Positions 49,050 through 61,669 of a stretch of 64,000 nucleotides of DNA are shown here, piece by piece (position 1 is the stretch's first letter; every line of letters begins with the position of its first letter). Position numbers and translations under genes: made by a program. The notes below the pieces were generated by a model that was given only the letters and a program-made list of their open reading frames with translations, did not search any database and was not told where the DNA came from. This DNA comes from Mobula hypostoma (taxonomy: Eukaryota): the NCBI RefSeq assembly GCF_963921235.1, contig NC_086097.1, forward strand, positions 98,768,001-98,832,000, in the 5' to 3' direction.

Positions 49050-49920
49050 GCTTGGTAAGTTGGCTGAGGAGTGGTGAATGCCATCAGTTTAGATAAGTAC
49101 GAGGTATTTCATTTTGGGAAGTCAAACCAGGGTGGGACTTTCACAGTGAACAGTAGGGCCCTGGGGAGTAGTGCAGATCAGAGGAAACAAGGAGTCAGAG
49201 GATCTACCAATACATGGCTCTCTGGAAGTCTTGTTGCAGGTAGACAATTTGGCATGATGGCCTTCGATCGTCAGGGCACTGAGCTTGGGAGCTGTAATGC
49301 TATGTTGTAGTTATACCAGGTGTTGGTGAGGACACGCCTAGAGCATTGTGCACAGTTTCAAATACACTGTTATAGAAATGCTGGAGAGAGTGCAAAGAAG
49401 ATTTATGGAAATGTGGTTAGCACTCAAGGGGTTGAGCTGTAGGGAGAGATTGGGCATAGGGTTTTACTTCTTGGTGTAGGAGACCAAGGGGTGATTTTAT
49501 GGAGGTGTATAAAATCATTAGGGACATACGTAGGGTGACACACAGTCATTAGACTGACAAAAGGACTGCTTATCCACAATGTGACAGTATGTCAGTCATA
49601 AATAGTCTTTTTTTTTCCAGAAAAAGGGATTCAAGAACTAAGAGGGTAGGTTTAAGGTCAGAAGGGAAAGATTTAAAGGAGATCTGAGGGGCAAGACTTT
49701 AACACAGAGGGTGGTGGGTATGTGGAACGAGCTGCCACAGCAAGTGGTTGAGACAGGTACAATGACAACTGTTAAAGCTTTGGCCAGGTACGTGGCTATG
49801 AAAGGTTTAGTGGGAAATGGGCCAAACATGAGCAAATGGGACTGGCTGAGATGTGAATCTCAGCTGGTCTGGACGAATTGGGCTGCAGTGTCTGTCTCTA
49901 TGTTGTATTACTCTGTGACT
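49050..49920 (+). mobile_element. Decayed CR1 3' part
   Basis: KYEVFHFGKSNQ, LVRTRLEHCAQF and TQRVVGMWNELP motifs. Confidence 0.75.
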
Positions 49921-50729
49921 CTACACAGTGGTGGAGTCAAATACAATCACTAAGTTCCAGTGATATTTCAACAGATAATAGAAGGATATGGACTTAATGC
50001 TGGCAAACGGGGCTAGTTTTAGATGGGACAACAGGTCGGCAGGGCTGTGGTGGCTAAAGGGGGACTGTTTCAGCGCCATATGACTATGACTTGAAAGGGG
50101 AGTTAATGGCATGTGTGGGGGACTAGGTCATCCGGCTACAGGGATATGAGGAGGAAAATTCAGGGAGGTACGACAACAGAGATGAGGAGGAATTTCTTTA
50201 GCCAGAGGGTGATGAATCTGTGGAATTCACTGCCACAGACAGCTGTGGAGTCCAGCTAATCGGCTGTATTTAAAGCAGAGGTTGATAGGTTTGTGGTAAG
50301 TAAGGGTGTCAAAAGTCATTCATTAATACGGAGTACATAGAGTACCCGGGGACATAAATGTCCTAACTTACGACTGGGAGTGCGTGGAGGGACGTGTTGT
50401 GGGAACGGTTACATCATTCACATCAGTCTCTCACTGCACTAGCTGAAGAGACAGGTTTACAGATCAAATCTGCCTACTCGTCCTGATAGCATCTTAAACG
50501 TCATCCAGCTCCCTGATTAGATCTTGGCTTTAAGTTTATGTGCGGGTGCCAATGTTTGTACATTTAGGTCCAGCTGCAACCTGATGCCACCAACTTTGAA
50601 ACATTCCTCAGTCTGAGATCCAGCCTGATTAGGATGAATCAGGCTTGAAGCAGAATGAAGTTACTGTCCCTTACTAATCTCAGTCCTGCTGCCCACCAGA
50701 ACCAGACTTCATCCATAGCTCAATGTCAC

Positions 50730-51045
50730 ACAGTCCCGAAACGGGCCCATTGGCCCATTGTGTCTGTACTGACTGTCAACCACCCACTTACACTAATCCT
50801 ACATTAATCCTCATTTTTATTCTCCCTACGTTCCCACAACAACCCCCAGGTTCTCCCTCTCATCTACAGATGAGGGGCAATTCACTGTTTATCATTTATG
50901 GGATAGAGGAGGAAACACTGAACGATTGCAGAAAACCCACATGGCCACAGGGAGGATGTGCGGACTCCACACAGACAGTACCCAGAGGTCAGAATGGAAC
51001 CCAGGTCACTGGGGCTGTCCCTGCTGTCCTTTTGTGCTGCTGTAA
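50730..51045 (-). mobile_element. Decayed V-SINE (HE1-like)
   Basis: Reverse V-domain (ggaggaaac...gaaaacccacatggccacagggagg...actccacacagacag) and a CR1-like tail at ~50730. Confidence 0.65.
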
Positions 51046-51469
51046 ATGTCAGCTGAAATTCTTGTACTGTGTGGTAGGCGGCCCAGTTCCTGGGAGATGC
51101 TGGGACGATGTGTCAGATTGATGTTGAGATGTGACACCGATTGGGATCTGGATTCAGACATTTTAAACTCATGTAATCAGCTGGAACGACCCTATATTTT
51201 AACCCAAGGCACCGTTTATCACTGCTGCCTCGCAGAGCTGGAGACCCAGTTCAATCCCGATCACTGGGGCCATTTGATTCCATTACCACAGAGTTGTAGA
51301 ATTGTACAGCACAGAGAAGGGGCCTTTCACCCATCGTATCTGTGATGACCGTCATGTCTTCCTATTCTAATCCCATTCTGCCTTGCTCATTCGAGTATGT
51401 GTCCAGGTGCCTCTTAAATGTTCCTTCTGTTTCTGCCTCCACCACCTCCTCTAGCAAGATACCAACTAC

Positions 51470-52262
51470 TCTGTCTGAGTGGTGCCACAGCAACTCCCTC
51501 TTACTCAAAGCCAGAAAGACCAAGCAGCTGATTACTGACTTTAGGAGGAGGACGTTAGAGACCCATGAGCTGGTCCTCATCAGAGGATCAGAGGTGAAGA
51601 GGGTTTGCAACTTTAAATTCCTTGGTGTTAATATTTCAAAAGACCTGTTGTGGGCCCAGAACATAAAGCAATGTCAAAGAAAGCACGGCAACGCCTCTAC
51701 TTCCTTAGGAGTTTGCGAAGATTCAACGTGACATCTAAAACTTTGACAAACTTCTATAGATGTGTAGCGAACAGTATGTTGACTGGCTGCATCACAAACT
51801 GGTATGGAAACACCAAAGGCCTTGAATGGAAAACCCTACAAGAGGTGGTGGATATGGCCTGGTCCATCACAGGTAAAGCCCACCCCACCATTGAGAACAT
51901 CTACATGAATGTTGTTGTAGGAAAGCAGCATCCATCATCAAGGACCCCCACCACCCAGGACATGCTCTCTTCTCGCTGCTGCCATCAGGAAGGTGGTACA
52001 GGAACCTCAGGACTCACACCACCAGATTCAGGGACAGTTATTACCCCTCAACCATCAGGTTCTTGAATGAAAGAGGATAACTTCGCTCAACTTCACTGAA
52101 TTATTGAAATGTTCCCACAACCCATGGACTCATTTTCAAGGACCCTTCATCTTATGGTGTCAATATTTATTGTTTATTTATTATTATTTCCTTCTATTTG
52201 TATTTGCACTGTTTGTTGTCTTTTGCACACTGGTTGAATGCACAGGTTAGTGCGGTCCTTCC
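51470..52262 (+). mobile_element. Rex1/Babar-type LINE 3' part
   Basis: WCHSNSLLLK..KTKQLITDFRR and KKARQRLYFLRSLRRF...LTGCITNWYGN motifs. Confidence 0.85.
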
Positions 52263-52565
52263 ATTGATGAAGTGAAGAGGTTGGGAGGTTATGAGTGGAA
52301 GAGGTAAAGGGCTGAGGAAGGAACCCGATAGAAGACAGTGGACCAGGGAAGAAGCGAATGGGGGGGCACCAGAGGGAGGTGATGGACAGGTGGGAAGGGG
52401 TAGGAGGGGACCAGAATGAGCAAAGGGAAAAGAGAGAAGGCAGAGGGGAGGGAAATTACTGGAAGTTAGAGACATCAATATCCACACCATCAGGTTAGAG
52501 GCTACCCAGACAGGATAAGGTGGTGTTGCAACCTGAGCGTGGCTTCATTGCTGTACTAGAGGAGA
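52263..52565 (-). mobile_element. Older, distinct Penelope-like 3' fragment
   Basis: Reverse strand encodes decayed EATLRLQ...LGSL.PDGVDIDVSNFQ*, but the 3' UTR differs from the young family. Confidence 0.65.
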
Positions 52566-52968
52566 CTATGTTTCTATGACATCCATTTTCAGACACCCCT
52601 ACCAATGCAAACAGACTCTGACTACTTACCCTAACTATGCCCCATATAACATTGTGCCCCTCTATCACGTCACTTCTGAACCTTCCTCACTCCACACCCA
52701 CCTGAGGCACCACCCTTTGTCAATCATTCCTGCACCTTACATCCACTGTTTGAATGTTTTCCTGCATTGCTCCATTCTCTAAAGACAGCCAGACTGGTGG
52801 GGTTAGTGTTCCTTAGTGACAAATGAATCAAAGAGGCATTGATGGGTTTACGAGAGAGAGAATAACCCACGGGCAACCAAGCAGAAGGTTGTGGGGTTCT
52901 GACGCAGCTACACCTGCCCTTACACTTCCTCCCTCACCACCATTCAGGGTCCCAGACAGTCCTTCCAG

Positions 52969-53295
52969 GTGAGGCCACACTTCACCTGTGAGTCGACTGG
53001 GGTGATATACTGCGTCCGGTGCTCCCGATGTGGCCTTCTATATATTGGCGAGACCCGACGCAGACTGGGAGACCGCTTTGCTGAACATCTACGCTCTGTC
53101 CACCAGAGAAAGCAGGATCTCCCAGTGGCCACACATTTTAATTCCACGTCCCATTCCCATTCTGATATGTCTATCCACGGCCTCCTCTACTGTAAAGATG
53201 AAGCCACACTCAGGTTGGAGGAACAACACCTTATATTCCGTCTGGGTAGCCTCCAACCTGATGGCATGAACATTGACTTCTCTAACTTCCGCTAA
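52969..53295 (+). CDS. GIY-YIG endonuclease domain fragment (Penelope-like element)
   Basis: FTCESTGVIYCVRCSRCGLLYIGETRRRLGDRFAEHLRSV...GMNIDFSNFR*. Confidence 0.8.
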   Translation: MRPHFTCESTGVIYCVRCSRCGLLYIGETRRRLGDRFAEHLRSVHQRKQDLPVATHFNSTSHSHSDMSIHGLLYCKDEATLRLEEQHLIFRLGSLQPDGMNIDFSNFR

Positions 53296-53593
53296 TGCCC
53301 CACCTTCCCCTCGTACCCCATCCGTTATTTATTTATATACACACATTCTTTCTCTCTCTCCTTTTTCTCCCTCTGTCCCTCTGACTATACCCCTTGCCCA
53401 TCCTCTGGGTTTTTCCCCCGCTCCCCCTTTTCTTTCTCCCTGGGCCTCCTGTCCCATGATCCTCTCATATCCCTTTTGCCAATCACCTGTCCAGCTCTTG
53501 GCTCCATCCCTCCCCCTCCTGTCTTCTCCTATCATTTTGGATCTCCCCCTCCCCCTCCCACTTTGAAATCTCTTACTAGCTCTTCCTTCAGTT

Positions 53594-53629
53594 AGTCCTG
53601 ACGAAGGGTCTTGACCCGAAACATCAACT
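53594..53629 (+). ncRNA. Degenerate hammerhead ribozyme
   Basis: AGUC-CUGACGA-AGGGUcuugACCC-GAAA-CAUC-AACU; CpG-type transitions affect stems I and III. Confidence 0.5.
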
Positions 53630-56600
53630 GTACCTCTTCCTAGAGATGCTGCCTGGCCTGCTGCGTTCACCAGCAACTTTGATGTGTGTTGTATGATGAA
53701 TAGTGGGATAGGTTAGAGGGGCTGAGCGGACTCCTCCTCACTCTCTTTTGTTGTTCTGGGTCTGATAGATTTGTCCTTCTGGGAGTCAGCGTGGACCCAT
53801 TGAGCCAAATGTGGTGTAATAAGTAAATCAATCTCTGCTCCTCTCCCGGATCAGCTTCTGAGCTATCATTGACATGGAATTTATTTGCAGTTTGGCAGTG
53901 ATCAGTAAGGGAAAGCTAATGAGAGGAGACTTCAGAGGCTGGAGCCTAGAGATATAGTGCAGGTAATTTGAAATATTTAAAGGTTTAAAGGAAGATATTA
54001 CAAGGCGGCTTTATCTGGTTGTTAGGGTAGAGGAATTCCAATTTAGCATAATCAATAGGTGGGGGAAAAGAATGTTTCCTCACCAGACATGAGGTGTAGA
54101 AAACCATTTGGAGTAGCTGCTTGACAGAGTATCATACAATAATATAACAAAGATAATGTGGTAATTATGCCTGAGTTTAACCTTTATATAAAATTAAAAA
54201 CAGGAAATGCTGGAAACACTTAATAAGCCGGGCAGCATTTCCTGCGGCGAGAGATCCTTTGGAGAGAGAGAAAAACAGCATTAATGCTTCAGCTTTGGGA
54301 TTCTGTATCAGAATCTTCATTTAGACTGGTGAACCTAATTGCCAAATGTAATTGGCAGAGTTATAGACCGCGGAAATATCACCTTCAACCCAACTCACCT
54401 GTGCCGACCAATTGCCTACCTGTGTTTGGCCCATAGTCCTCCAAACCTTTCCTATCTGTGTACCTACCCAAATATCTTTTAAACATTGTGATGGTGTCAG
54501 TCTCCACCATATCCTCTGGCAGCTTGGTCCCCATTTGCACCACCCTCTGTCTGAGAAGGTTGGCCCACAGCGCCTTTAGATCTTTCTCGTCTCACCTTAA
54601 GTCTGTGTCTTCTAATTTTGGACACTCCTGCCCCATGACCAATCACCTTATCAATGCCCCTCATGATTTTATATACAGTACCTCCATAAGGTAATCTGGG
54701 GAAGAGTCCCTAGGATACATTCAGGTTCATACTTTGTGGAACTAGCCAACCACTTTGGACCAGAATGCATTAAATAAGTCAAATATTACTGGTGAATTCA
54801 TTGAAAAGAAATGCGGAAGATGGATATAATAGGCTAACCCTCAGTTGAGAGTGACAAACAAAGTTTTAAATTAAATTAAATAAAGGCAATTAATATTTAT
54901 GAGAAACGAACTGGCTAAGGTAGATTGGGAAAATTGATTAAGAGAAATGGCTGCACATAATTAGCAACATACAATTAAAGAAACATTTCGCAATTCCCAA
55001 TCAATTAGCAGTGTGTTGAGAAAGGGACTGCATGCAAAAGTAATCCCTCTGAAGTTAACTGAAAAAGTTAGGGTTGGTGGGAGATTAAAAGAAAAGGATT
55101 GTAAAGTTGCAAACGATGGTGAGTGATTGAGAGGATCTTGGAGACTATGAATGATAGATAGAGAAAATAAACTATGAGGTAAACCAGCAGGAAATGTCAA
55201 AATGAATCTTAAGGGCAACTAAACTAGGCAAAACTGGAGAAGCAGAAGTGAATGTTGGTTTCTTAGAGGCAAGGACAGAAGAACTGATGATGGAGAATGA
55301 AGAAATGGCAGAGGCATTGAACACGTCCAGTGCACGTGTCGTCACAGTGGAAGTCAGCAAGAGAGGTGAGAGAGTGAAGGACTTTGGTAGCAGAAGAAAT
55401 AGAAAAAGGTGGCTGTGCATGAAAAAATGCATAACACATTAAAGCAGAATCAATATTCAAGAAAGGGAAATCATGTTCAGAGTTTAATGCTGTAACAGGA
55501 TAAATAAAGGCAAAAAATTGGATAAGGGTCATATGAATTTTTGGAATACATGCAGTACATAAGGTGCCACTTAAGTTTACAGCTCAGAGGAATGGGGTAA
55601 TCTATCAGCATCGATGCAGGGATTGACAACAAAGAGATAAACGAGTGGTGAAAATAATTGCAAACTGAGTATAATTTGGAAAAATGTGAGATCATCCATG
55701 TCTCAGAAGAACATTAAGGCATAATGTGAAAGTTGTGAAACTGTTAAATATTGGTATTTAGAGGAATATGGTTACATAGTAAACAGGAAGATAGCAGACA
55801 AGTTGAGCAAGTAATTGGGAAAGCAGATGGAATGCTGATCTCTGTTGCAAGGGGGATAGGGTAAAATAGAAGCTTTGTTACAAATAGGCCTGTTTAGTAA
55901 TAATAAACATTATTAACTGTGTATTTCAAAGATTAGTGACAACATTGCAGTGATTGTTGGAAAATATTGGGTTACAAATGTTGAACAGTACTAAACAGTA
56001 CTGACGGTACAATTTAAAAACTCCATTTTGTTCTACTGTGGGTTTTCTCCTATCCTTAAATCTCTCAAATCCCTACATTCTCCTAGTTCTGCACCTGTGC
56101 TCCCCTCTTCAATTGATCAAATGAATCAAGATGGTGCCCACCACTGGGAAAGCAGAAAGGGATGGGGGCATATCCAATGCTGGAGGGGGAGGAGAAAAAA
56201 ACACAGACCTGGGATAAGAGAGCTGGAGACCAGGCCAGACTGTTGGGAACTACAGTGGACTTTGCGGGATTTTCATTTAGGGTAATATGCTTCTCTAAAA
56301 GCAGTCTGTGAAAGTGTATACAGCTTTACAAAAAAAGCTTTGCAAGTGCTTCCGTGTGATTCATGTATTAATTTATTGTCATTTTAATCTTGTGCATTAA
56401 TAGCGATTGATTGACCAGACTAAAGGTATTGCTGCAACTCCTCCCTGGATTGTAGCACAACTTTGTTTTCCTTGTATAAACGCTCTCACAGGTGAGTACA
56501 CCTGCAAGAAGTGCGTTTGGCTGCAGATCCTGGCAGACCATGTTAGGGAACTGGAGCTGGCTGGATGGGAGAATGAAGAGGTGATAGATGGGGGCTGTAG

Positions 56601-57536
56601 GGACGCAGTCACACCTGGGTTGCAGGAGGCAGGTAGCTGGGTGATTGTCAAGAGAGGGAATATCCCAGTGGCCATTGCCCTCAATAACAAGTATGCCACT
56701 TTGGAGGGGGGTGTTGGTGGGGGGTGAGGGGGGGGGAACCTACCAGCGGGAAAGACTTAGCAGCCAGATCTCTGGCACTGAGTCTGGATTTGTGGCTCAG
56801 AAGAAAAGTGAGGTGATGAGGAGAGTGGTGGTGATGAGGAATTCAATAGGTAGGGGAAGAGACAGCAGGTTCAGTGACATGAAAGAGACTCCTAATCGGT
56901 ATTTGCCTCCCAGGTATCAGAACCAGAGTCGTCTCAGGTCGAGTCCACAGCTTTCTTAAGGGAGAGGGTGAGCAGCCAGAAGTCATGGTACATATTGGTA
57001 CCAAAGACGTAGCTAGGAAAATGGATGAGGTCCTGAAGAACAAATATAAGGAGCTAGGAAGAAATTAAAAAGAAGGACTTTAAGGGTAGTAGGGAGGGAG
57101 GATAGACAATGGAGAAGGTATAAATGCAACCAGTTGGATGGGTTGAAATGTGTTTAATGTGAGAAGCATCAGGTACGAGAGTAATGAGCTTAGAGCATGG
57201 ATCGGTACATGGAACTATGACATTGTGGCCATTACAGAAACTTGGCTGGACAGAGTTGGCTGCTGGATATTCTGGGTTTAGATGGGACAGGGAGGGAAGT
57301 AAAAGAGCTGGTGGAGTGGCAGTGTTGATCTGGGTTTGTATCATAGCTGCAGGAAGGGAGGATTTATGAAGGCATCAGCTTCTGAGCCAGTGTGGGTAGA
57401 CGTCAGAAATAGGAAAGGGGGATTCACTCTTTTGGGGGTATTCTATCAACCGTGCCCCGTCCACCCCCATAAAAGCAGAGAGTCTGAAGAGTAGATCAGG
57501 AGGCAGCTTTTGTAAAGGTGTATAATTGACAGGGTC

Positions 57537-57700
57537 ACACGAGGAAATCTGCAGATGCTGGAAATTCAAGCAACACACATAAAAGTTGCTGGTGAACGCA
57601 GCAGGTCAGGCAGCATCTCTAGGAAGAGGTACAGTCGACGTTTTGGGCCGAGACCCTTCGTCAGGACTAACTGAAAGAAGAGCTAGTAAGAGATTTGAAA
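57537..57700 (-). mobile_element. Penelope 3'-terminal fragment (hammerhead motif plus tail)
   Basis: Matches 27166-27328. The hammerhead at 57633-57668 has GAAA changed to AAAA. Confidence 0.88.
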
Positions 57701-58726
57701 GTTGTCATTGTGGGTAACTTCAACTTCTCTAATATTGCTTGGCGAATCCTTAGTGCATAAGGTTTAGATGGGGCGGAATTTGTTAGGTGCGTCCAGGAAG
57801 GATTCCTGACACAATATGTGGACAAGTCAGGTGGAGGAAAGGTCATACTAGATCGACTTCTAGGCAATGCACCTGGTCAGAAAGCAGATCTCTCAGTGTG
57901 TGACTATTTCAGAGACAGTTTTGGGAATGTGTCTAATTGGGGGAAGGTGAAATATGATGTTATTAGGCAGGAAATTGAGAGCTTAAAATGGGAACAGATG
58001 TTCTCAGGAATGTACAACAAATGCGGAGGCTGCTGAAGGAGCCCCTGATAGGTTTGCCCATTGAGGCAGGAAGAGGATGCTAGCGTGAAGGAACCTTGGT
58101 TGACAAGAGAGGTGGAACATCTAGTCAAAAGGAAGCAAACTTAAGCATTAAGAGGCAAAGATCAGACAGGGATCAAGAGAGTTCTATGGTATCCAGACTT
58201 AAGAGGGGACAGGAGAAGGCTTTGGTGAGCAGGATTAGGAATAAATCCAAGGTGTTCTACACGTACGTGAAGAACAGGAAGATGACCAGAGTGAGGTAGG
58301 ACCAATCAGGGATAAAAGAGGAAACATGTGCCTGGAGTTGGAAGAGGTAGGGGGGGTCCTTAATGAATACGTAGCTTCAGTATTTACCAGTGAGAGGGAC
58401 CTTGACAAACGTGAGGGCAGTGTAGAATAGGCTAATGTGCTGGATCATGTTGAAATTAAGAAAAAGGCAGCGTTGGAACTCTTGAAAAACATTAGGATAG
58501 TTAAGTCCCCAGAACTGGTCAGTATATACCCCAGGTTACTACAGGAAAGAAGGAAGAAATTTCTTCGTCATTGGTGATGGCCTTTGTGTTCTCACTGGCC
58601 ACGGGAGTAGTACCAGAAAACAGGAAGGTGAGTCTTACATCAATGGTGGAGACAATTCTTAGAGACAGGATTTAAAAGCATGTGGAGAATAGTCTTATTA
58701 GGGATAGTCAGTGTGGCTTTGTGAGG

Positions 58727-58928
58727 AACACACATCAAAGTTGCTGGTGAACGCAGCAGGCCAGGCAGCACCTATAGGAAGAGGTACAGTCGACGTTTCA
58801 GGCCGAGACCCTTCAGCCCAAAACGTCGACTGTACCTCTTCCTATAGATGCTGCCTAGCCTGCTGCGTTCACCAGCAACTTTTATGTGCGTTGCTTGAAA
58901 TTCCAGCATCCGCAGATTTCCTCGTGTT
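58727..58928. mobile_element. Fold-back mini Penelope insertion
   Basis: Two inverted 3' termini joined inside the hammerhead motif. TSD TGTGGCTTTGTGAGG at 58712-58726 and 58929-58943. Confidence 0.9.
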
Positions 58929-59944
58929 TGTGGCTTTGTGAGGGGCAGGTTGTGCCTCATGAATCTGATTGACATTTTTGACGAAGTGACAAAACAAGTT
59001 GATGAAGGAAGAGCAGTGGATGTGGTGTATATGGATTGTCGTTAAGTGTTTGACAAGGTTCCCTCATTCAAAAAGTCAGGAGGTATGGGATCCAGGGAAA
59101 CTTCACAGTGCGTATTTGGAATTGTCTTGCCCACAGAAAGCAGAGGATGGTAGTGGATGGAGTGTATTCTGCCTGGAGGTCAGTGACGAATGGTGTTCCA
59201 CAGAGACCTGCTCTAGTACCCCTGCTCCTTGTGATTTTTATTAATGCCTTGGGTGAGAAAGTGGAAGGGTTACTACGTTTGCAGATGACACAAAGGTAGG
59301 TGGTGTCATGGAAAGGGTAGAAGGCTGCTGTAGATTACCACAGGACTTTGATAAGATGCAGAGTGGGGCTGAGAAGTGGCAGATGGAGTTCAATCTAGAA
59401 AAATTTAAAAATGATACAGTTTGGAAGGCCAAACTTGATGGCAGAGTACAGGGTTAATGGTAAGATTCTTATCAGTGTGGAGGAACCGAGGATCTTGGGG
59501 TCACATTCATAGATCTCTCCAAGTTGTGCAAGTTGGCAAGGTGATGTATTGGCCTTTGATTCAAGATTGAGTTCAAGATCCATGAGGTAATGTTCCAGCT
59601 CCATAAAACTGATTAGACCACACCTAGAATATTGCTTTCAGTTCTGGTCAGCTCATGATAGGAATGATGTAGGGACTTTTAGAGTGGTTGCAGAAGAGAT
59701 TTACCAGAACATTGCCTGGATGAGAAGACATGCTTTACGAGGAAAGGTTGGGTGAGCTAAGGCTTTTCCCTGTGGAGCAAAGGAGGATGAAAGGAGACTT
59801 GATGGAAACATACAAGATGATAAAAGCATAGATGCAGTGGACAGCCGGTGTAGTTTTCCCAGGGTGGCAATGGCTGATATGAGAAGGCATACTTTTAAGG
59901 TTATTGGAGGAAAGCATGAGGGTGGAGGATGTCAGAGGTAGTTT

Positions 59945-60325
59945 TCTTTCACAGAGAGTGGTAAGTTCATGGGACACACTGTCGGGGTGGGGTAGGGTTT
60001 TCTTTCACAGAGAGTGGTAAGTTCATGGGACACACTGCCGGGGTGGGGTAGGGTTTTTTTCACAGAGAGTGGTAAGTTCATGGGACACACTGCTGGGGTG
60101 GGGTAGGGTTTTTTTTTCACAGAGAGTAAGTTCATGGGACACACTGCCGGGGTGGGGTAGGGTTTTTTTCACAGAGAGTGGTAAGTTCATGGGACACACT
60201 GCTGGGGTGGGGTAGGGTTTTTTTTTCACAGAGAGTAAGTTCATGGGACACACTGCCGGGGTGGGGTAGGGTTTTTTTCACAGAGAGTGGTAAGTTCATG
60301 GGACACACTGCCAGTGTGGGGTAAA
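59945..60325. repeat. 52-57-bp minisatellite (7 copies) derived from the CR1 ORF2 3' region
   Basis: acagagag at 59951, 60007, 60062, 60119, 60171, 60228 and 60280. The unit corresponds to the FFTQRVV..W..LP segment. Confidence 0.92.
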
Positions 60326-61229
60326 GGCAGGTACATTCGGGACATTTAAGAGACTCTTCGATAGGTACATGGATGAAAGGAAAATGGAGGGTTATGTGGG
60401 AGGGAAGGGTTGATCCTGGAGTAGGTCAAGAAGTTGGTACAACATTGTGGACTGAAGGGGCTGTACTGTGCTGTGGTGTTCTAATACAGTGCAGAGAAGA
60501 TTCACTGGACTGACTTCTGGGATGAAGGGTTTTTCTTATAAGGAAGGTTGAAAAAAATGGAAGTTATTAGATTGGTGGGCGATTAACTGAAACATATTAG
60601 ATTCTGAAGGCGACTTGAAAGGGTAAATGATGTGCAGATGGTTCCCTTGGTTGGGAGGAGTTGGGTCTAAAATCAAGGGAGAAGCCTAACGTCCAGGATA
60701 CAGAGAATGCATGGAGATGAGATTAATGGCTTTGAAGAGAGAGATCTGGAAGGATGGGGAGTGAGACTAGTTTGGGATTCTTACTTCAATGTAATTACAG
60801 AAAATCTACAAATCAAAATTATTTGCTGAAAATTGATGACCAGTTAATGAGACACAGAGAGACTAGTGAGTGCACCATCTCTCTGTGATGTACAGGCTCA
60901 GGGCAACATCTTGTGTGTGGCTTACTGACTATGTTTTACCGATATGAGATCTGAGGAGTCTAAAAGTTGAATTGTTAGATCTTTCACTAAATTTTTGTTG
61001 GACACTATTGCTGCAGTTTAGGTGTCACACCAGTGGCTCTCAGCATTCAAAATTTAATGGGAGTGAGAAGGGTTTCTTTTACAAGCCTGTATCTTAGTGA
61101 GTGGGTGATATCTTCATAGCCCAGTTCAGGGTCAGATGGACCCTTTTTGTATTCTTGAGGTACATCTGTATCCCTTCCCACTATGTTGTGATGAACAGGG
61201 TAAAAGTGTCTGACTCCAATTGTATCAGA

Positions 61230-61660
61230 TATTGTTGCAGCTGGAGTATTGTGTATACTTGTAGTCTCCTCACTTAAACAAGGAACGTTTTTCCTTAGGA
61301 GAGTGCAATGGAGAGTCACCAAATGGCTCCATGGATGGTGAGAGATCATTGAAATTAGAGTATTCTTACAGACTTTGAAAGGTTGGGTGGATGAGATGTT
61401 TCTTTTGTCTGAGGAGTCTAGAACTAGGGTCACAGAACAAGGACAAGATATTTAGGACTGCGACTGGGAGAAACGATTTCACCCAAATGGTGTGGAAGCT
61501 TAATCAGTGTTCACTCAGAACTACTGATAGATTTCTGAATATTAAAGAAATCAGGGCATATGGGAATAGTTCAATTAATGGTTCTGAAGGAGATCTGGAT
61601 GAATGGTGGCTAGATAGATGGTCTGTTCTTGTTCCTGTTTCTTTTGTGTTAATTGGAAGC
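61230..61660 (+). mobile_element. Decayed CR1 3' fragment
   Basis: cagctggagtattgtgta, ESRTRV and ttcacccaaatggtgtgga motifs. Confidence 0.55.
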
Positions 61661-61669
61661 GAGAGAATC

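Larger units (their letters stand above)
52911..53691 (+). mobile_element. Penelope-like (Neptune) element, 5'-truncated
   Basis: Open GIY-YIG frame, pyrimidine-rich 3' UTR and hammerhead-like motif at 53594-53629. No clear TSD. Confidence 0.92.
56485..60482 (+). mobile_element. Near full-length decayed CR1 LINE
   Basis: ORF1 zinc-finger-like YTCKKCVWLQILADHVRELE and EQPEVMVHIGT; ORF2 DIVAITETW, VGNFNF, NGVPQ, FADDTK and LIRPHLEYC; CR1 terminus. Contains two Penelope insertions and a tandem repeat. Confidence 0.85.

Noticed and set aside
52969..53295. Standalone GIY-YIG nuclease with flanking repeats as a homing or RNA-guided nuclease system
   Set aside because: The upstream linker and Cys knuckle, variable 5' truncation and TSDs in sister copies show these are truncated Penelope retroelements. 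No independent start or guide array is present.
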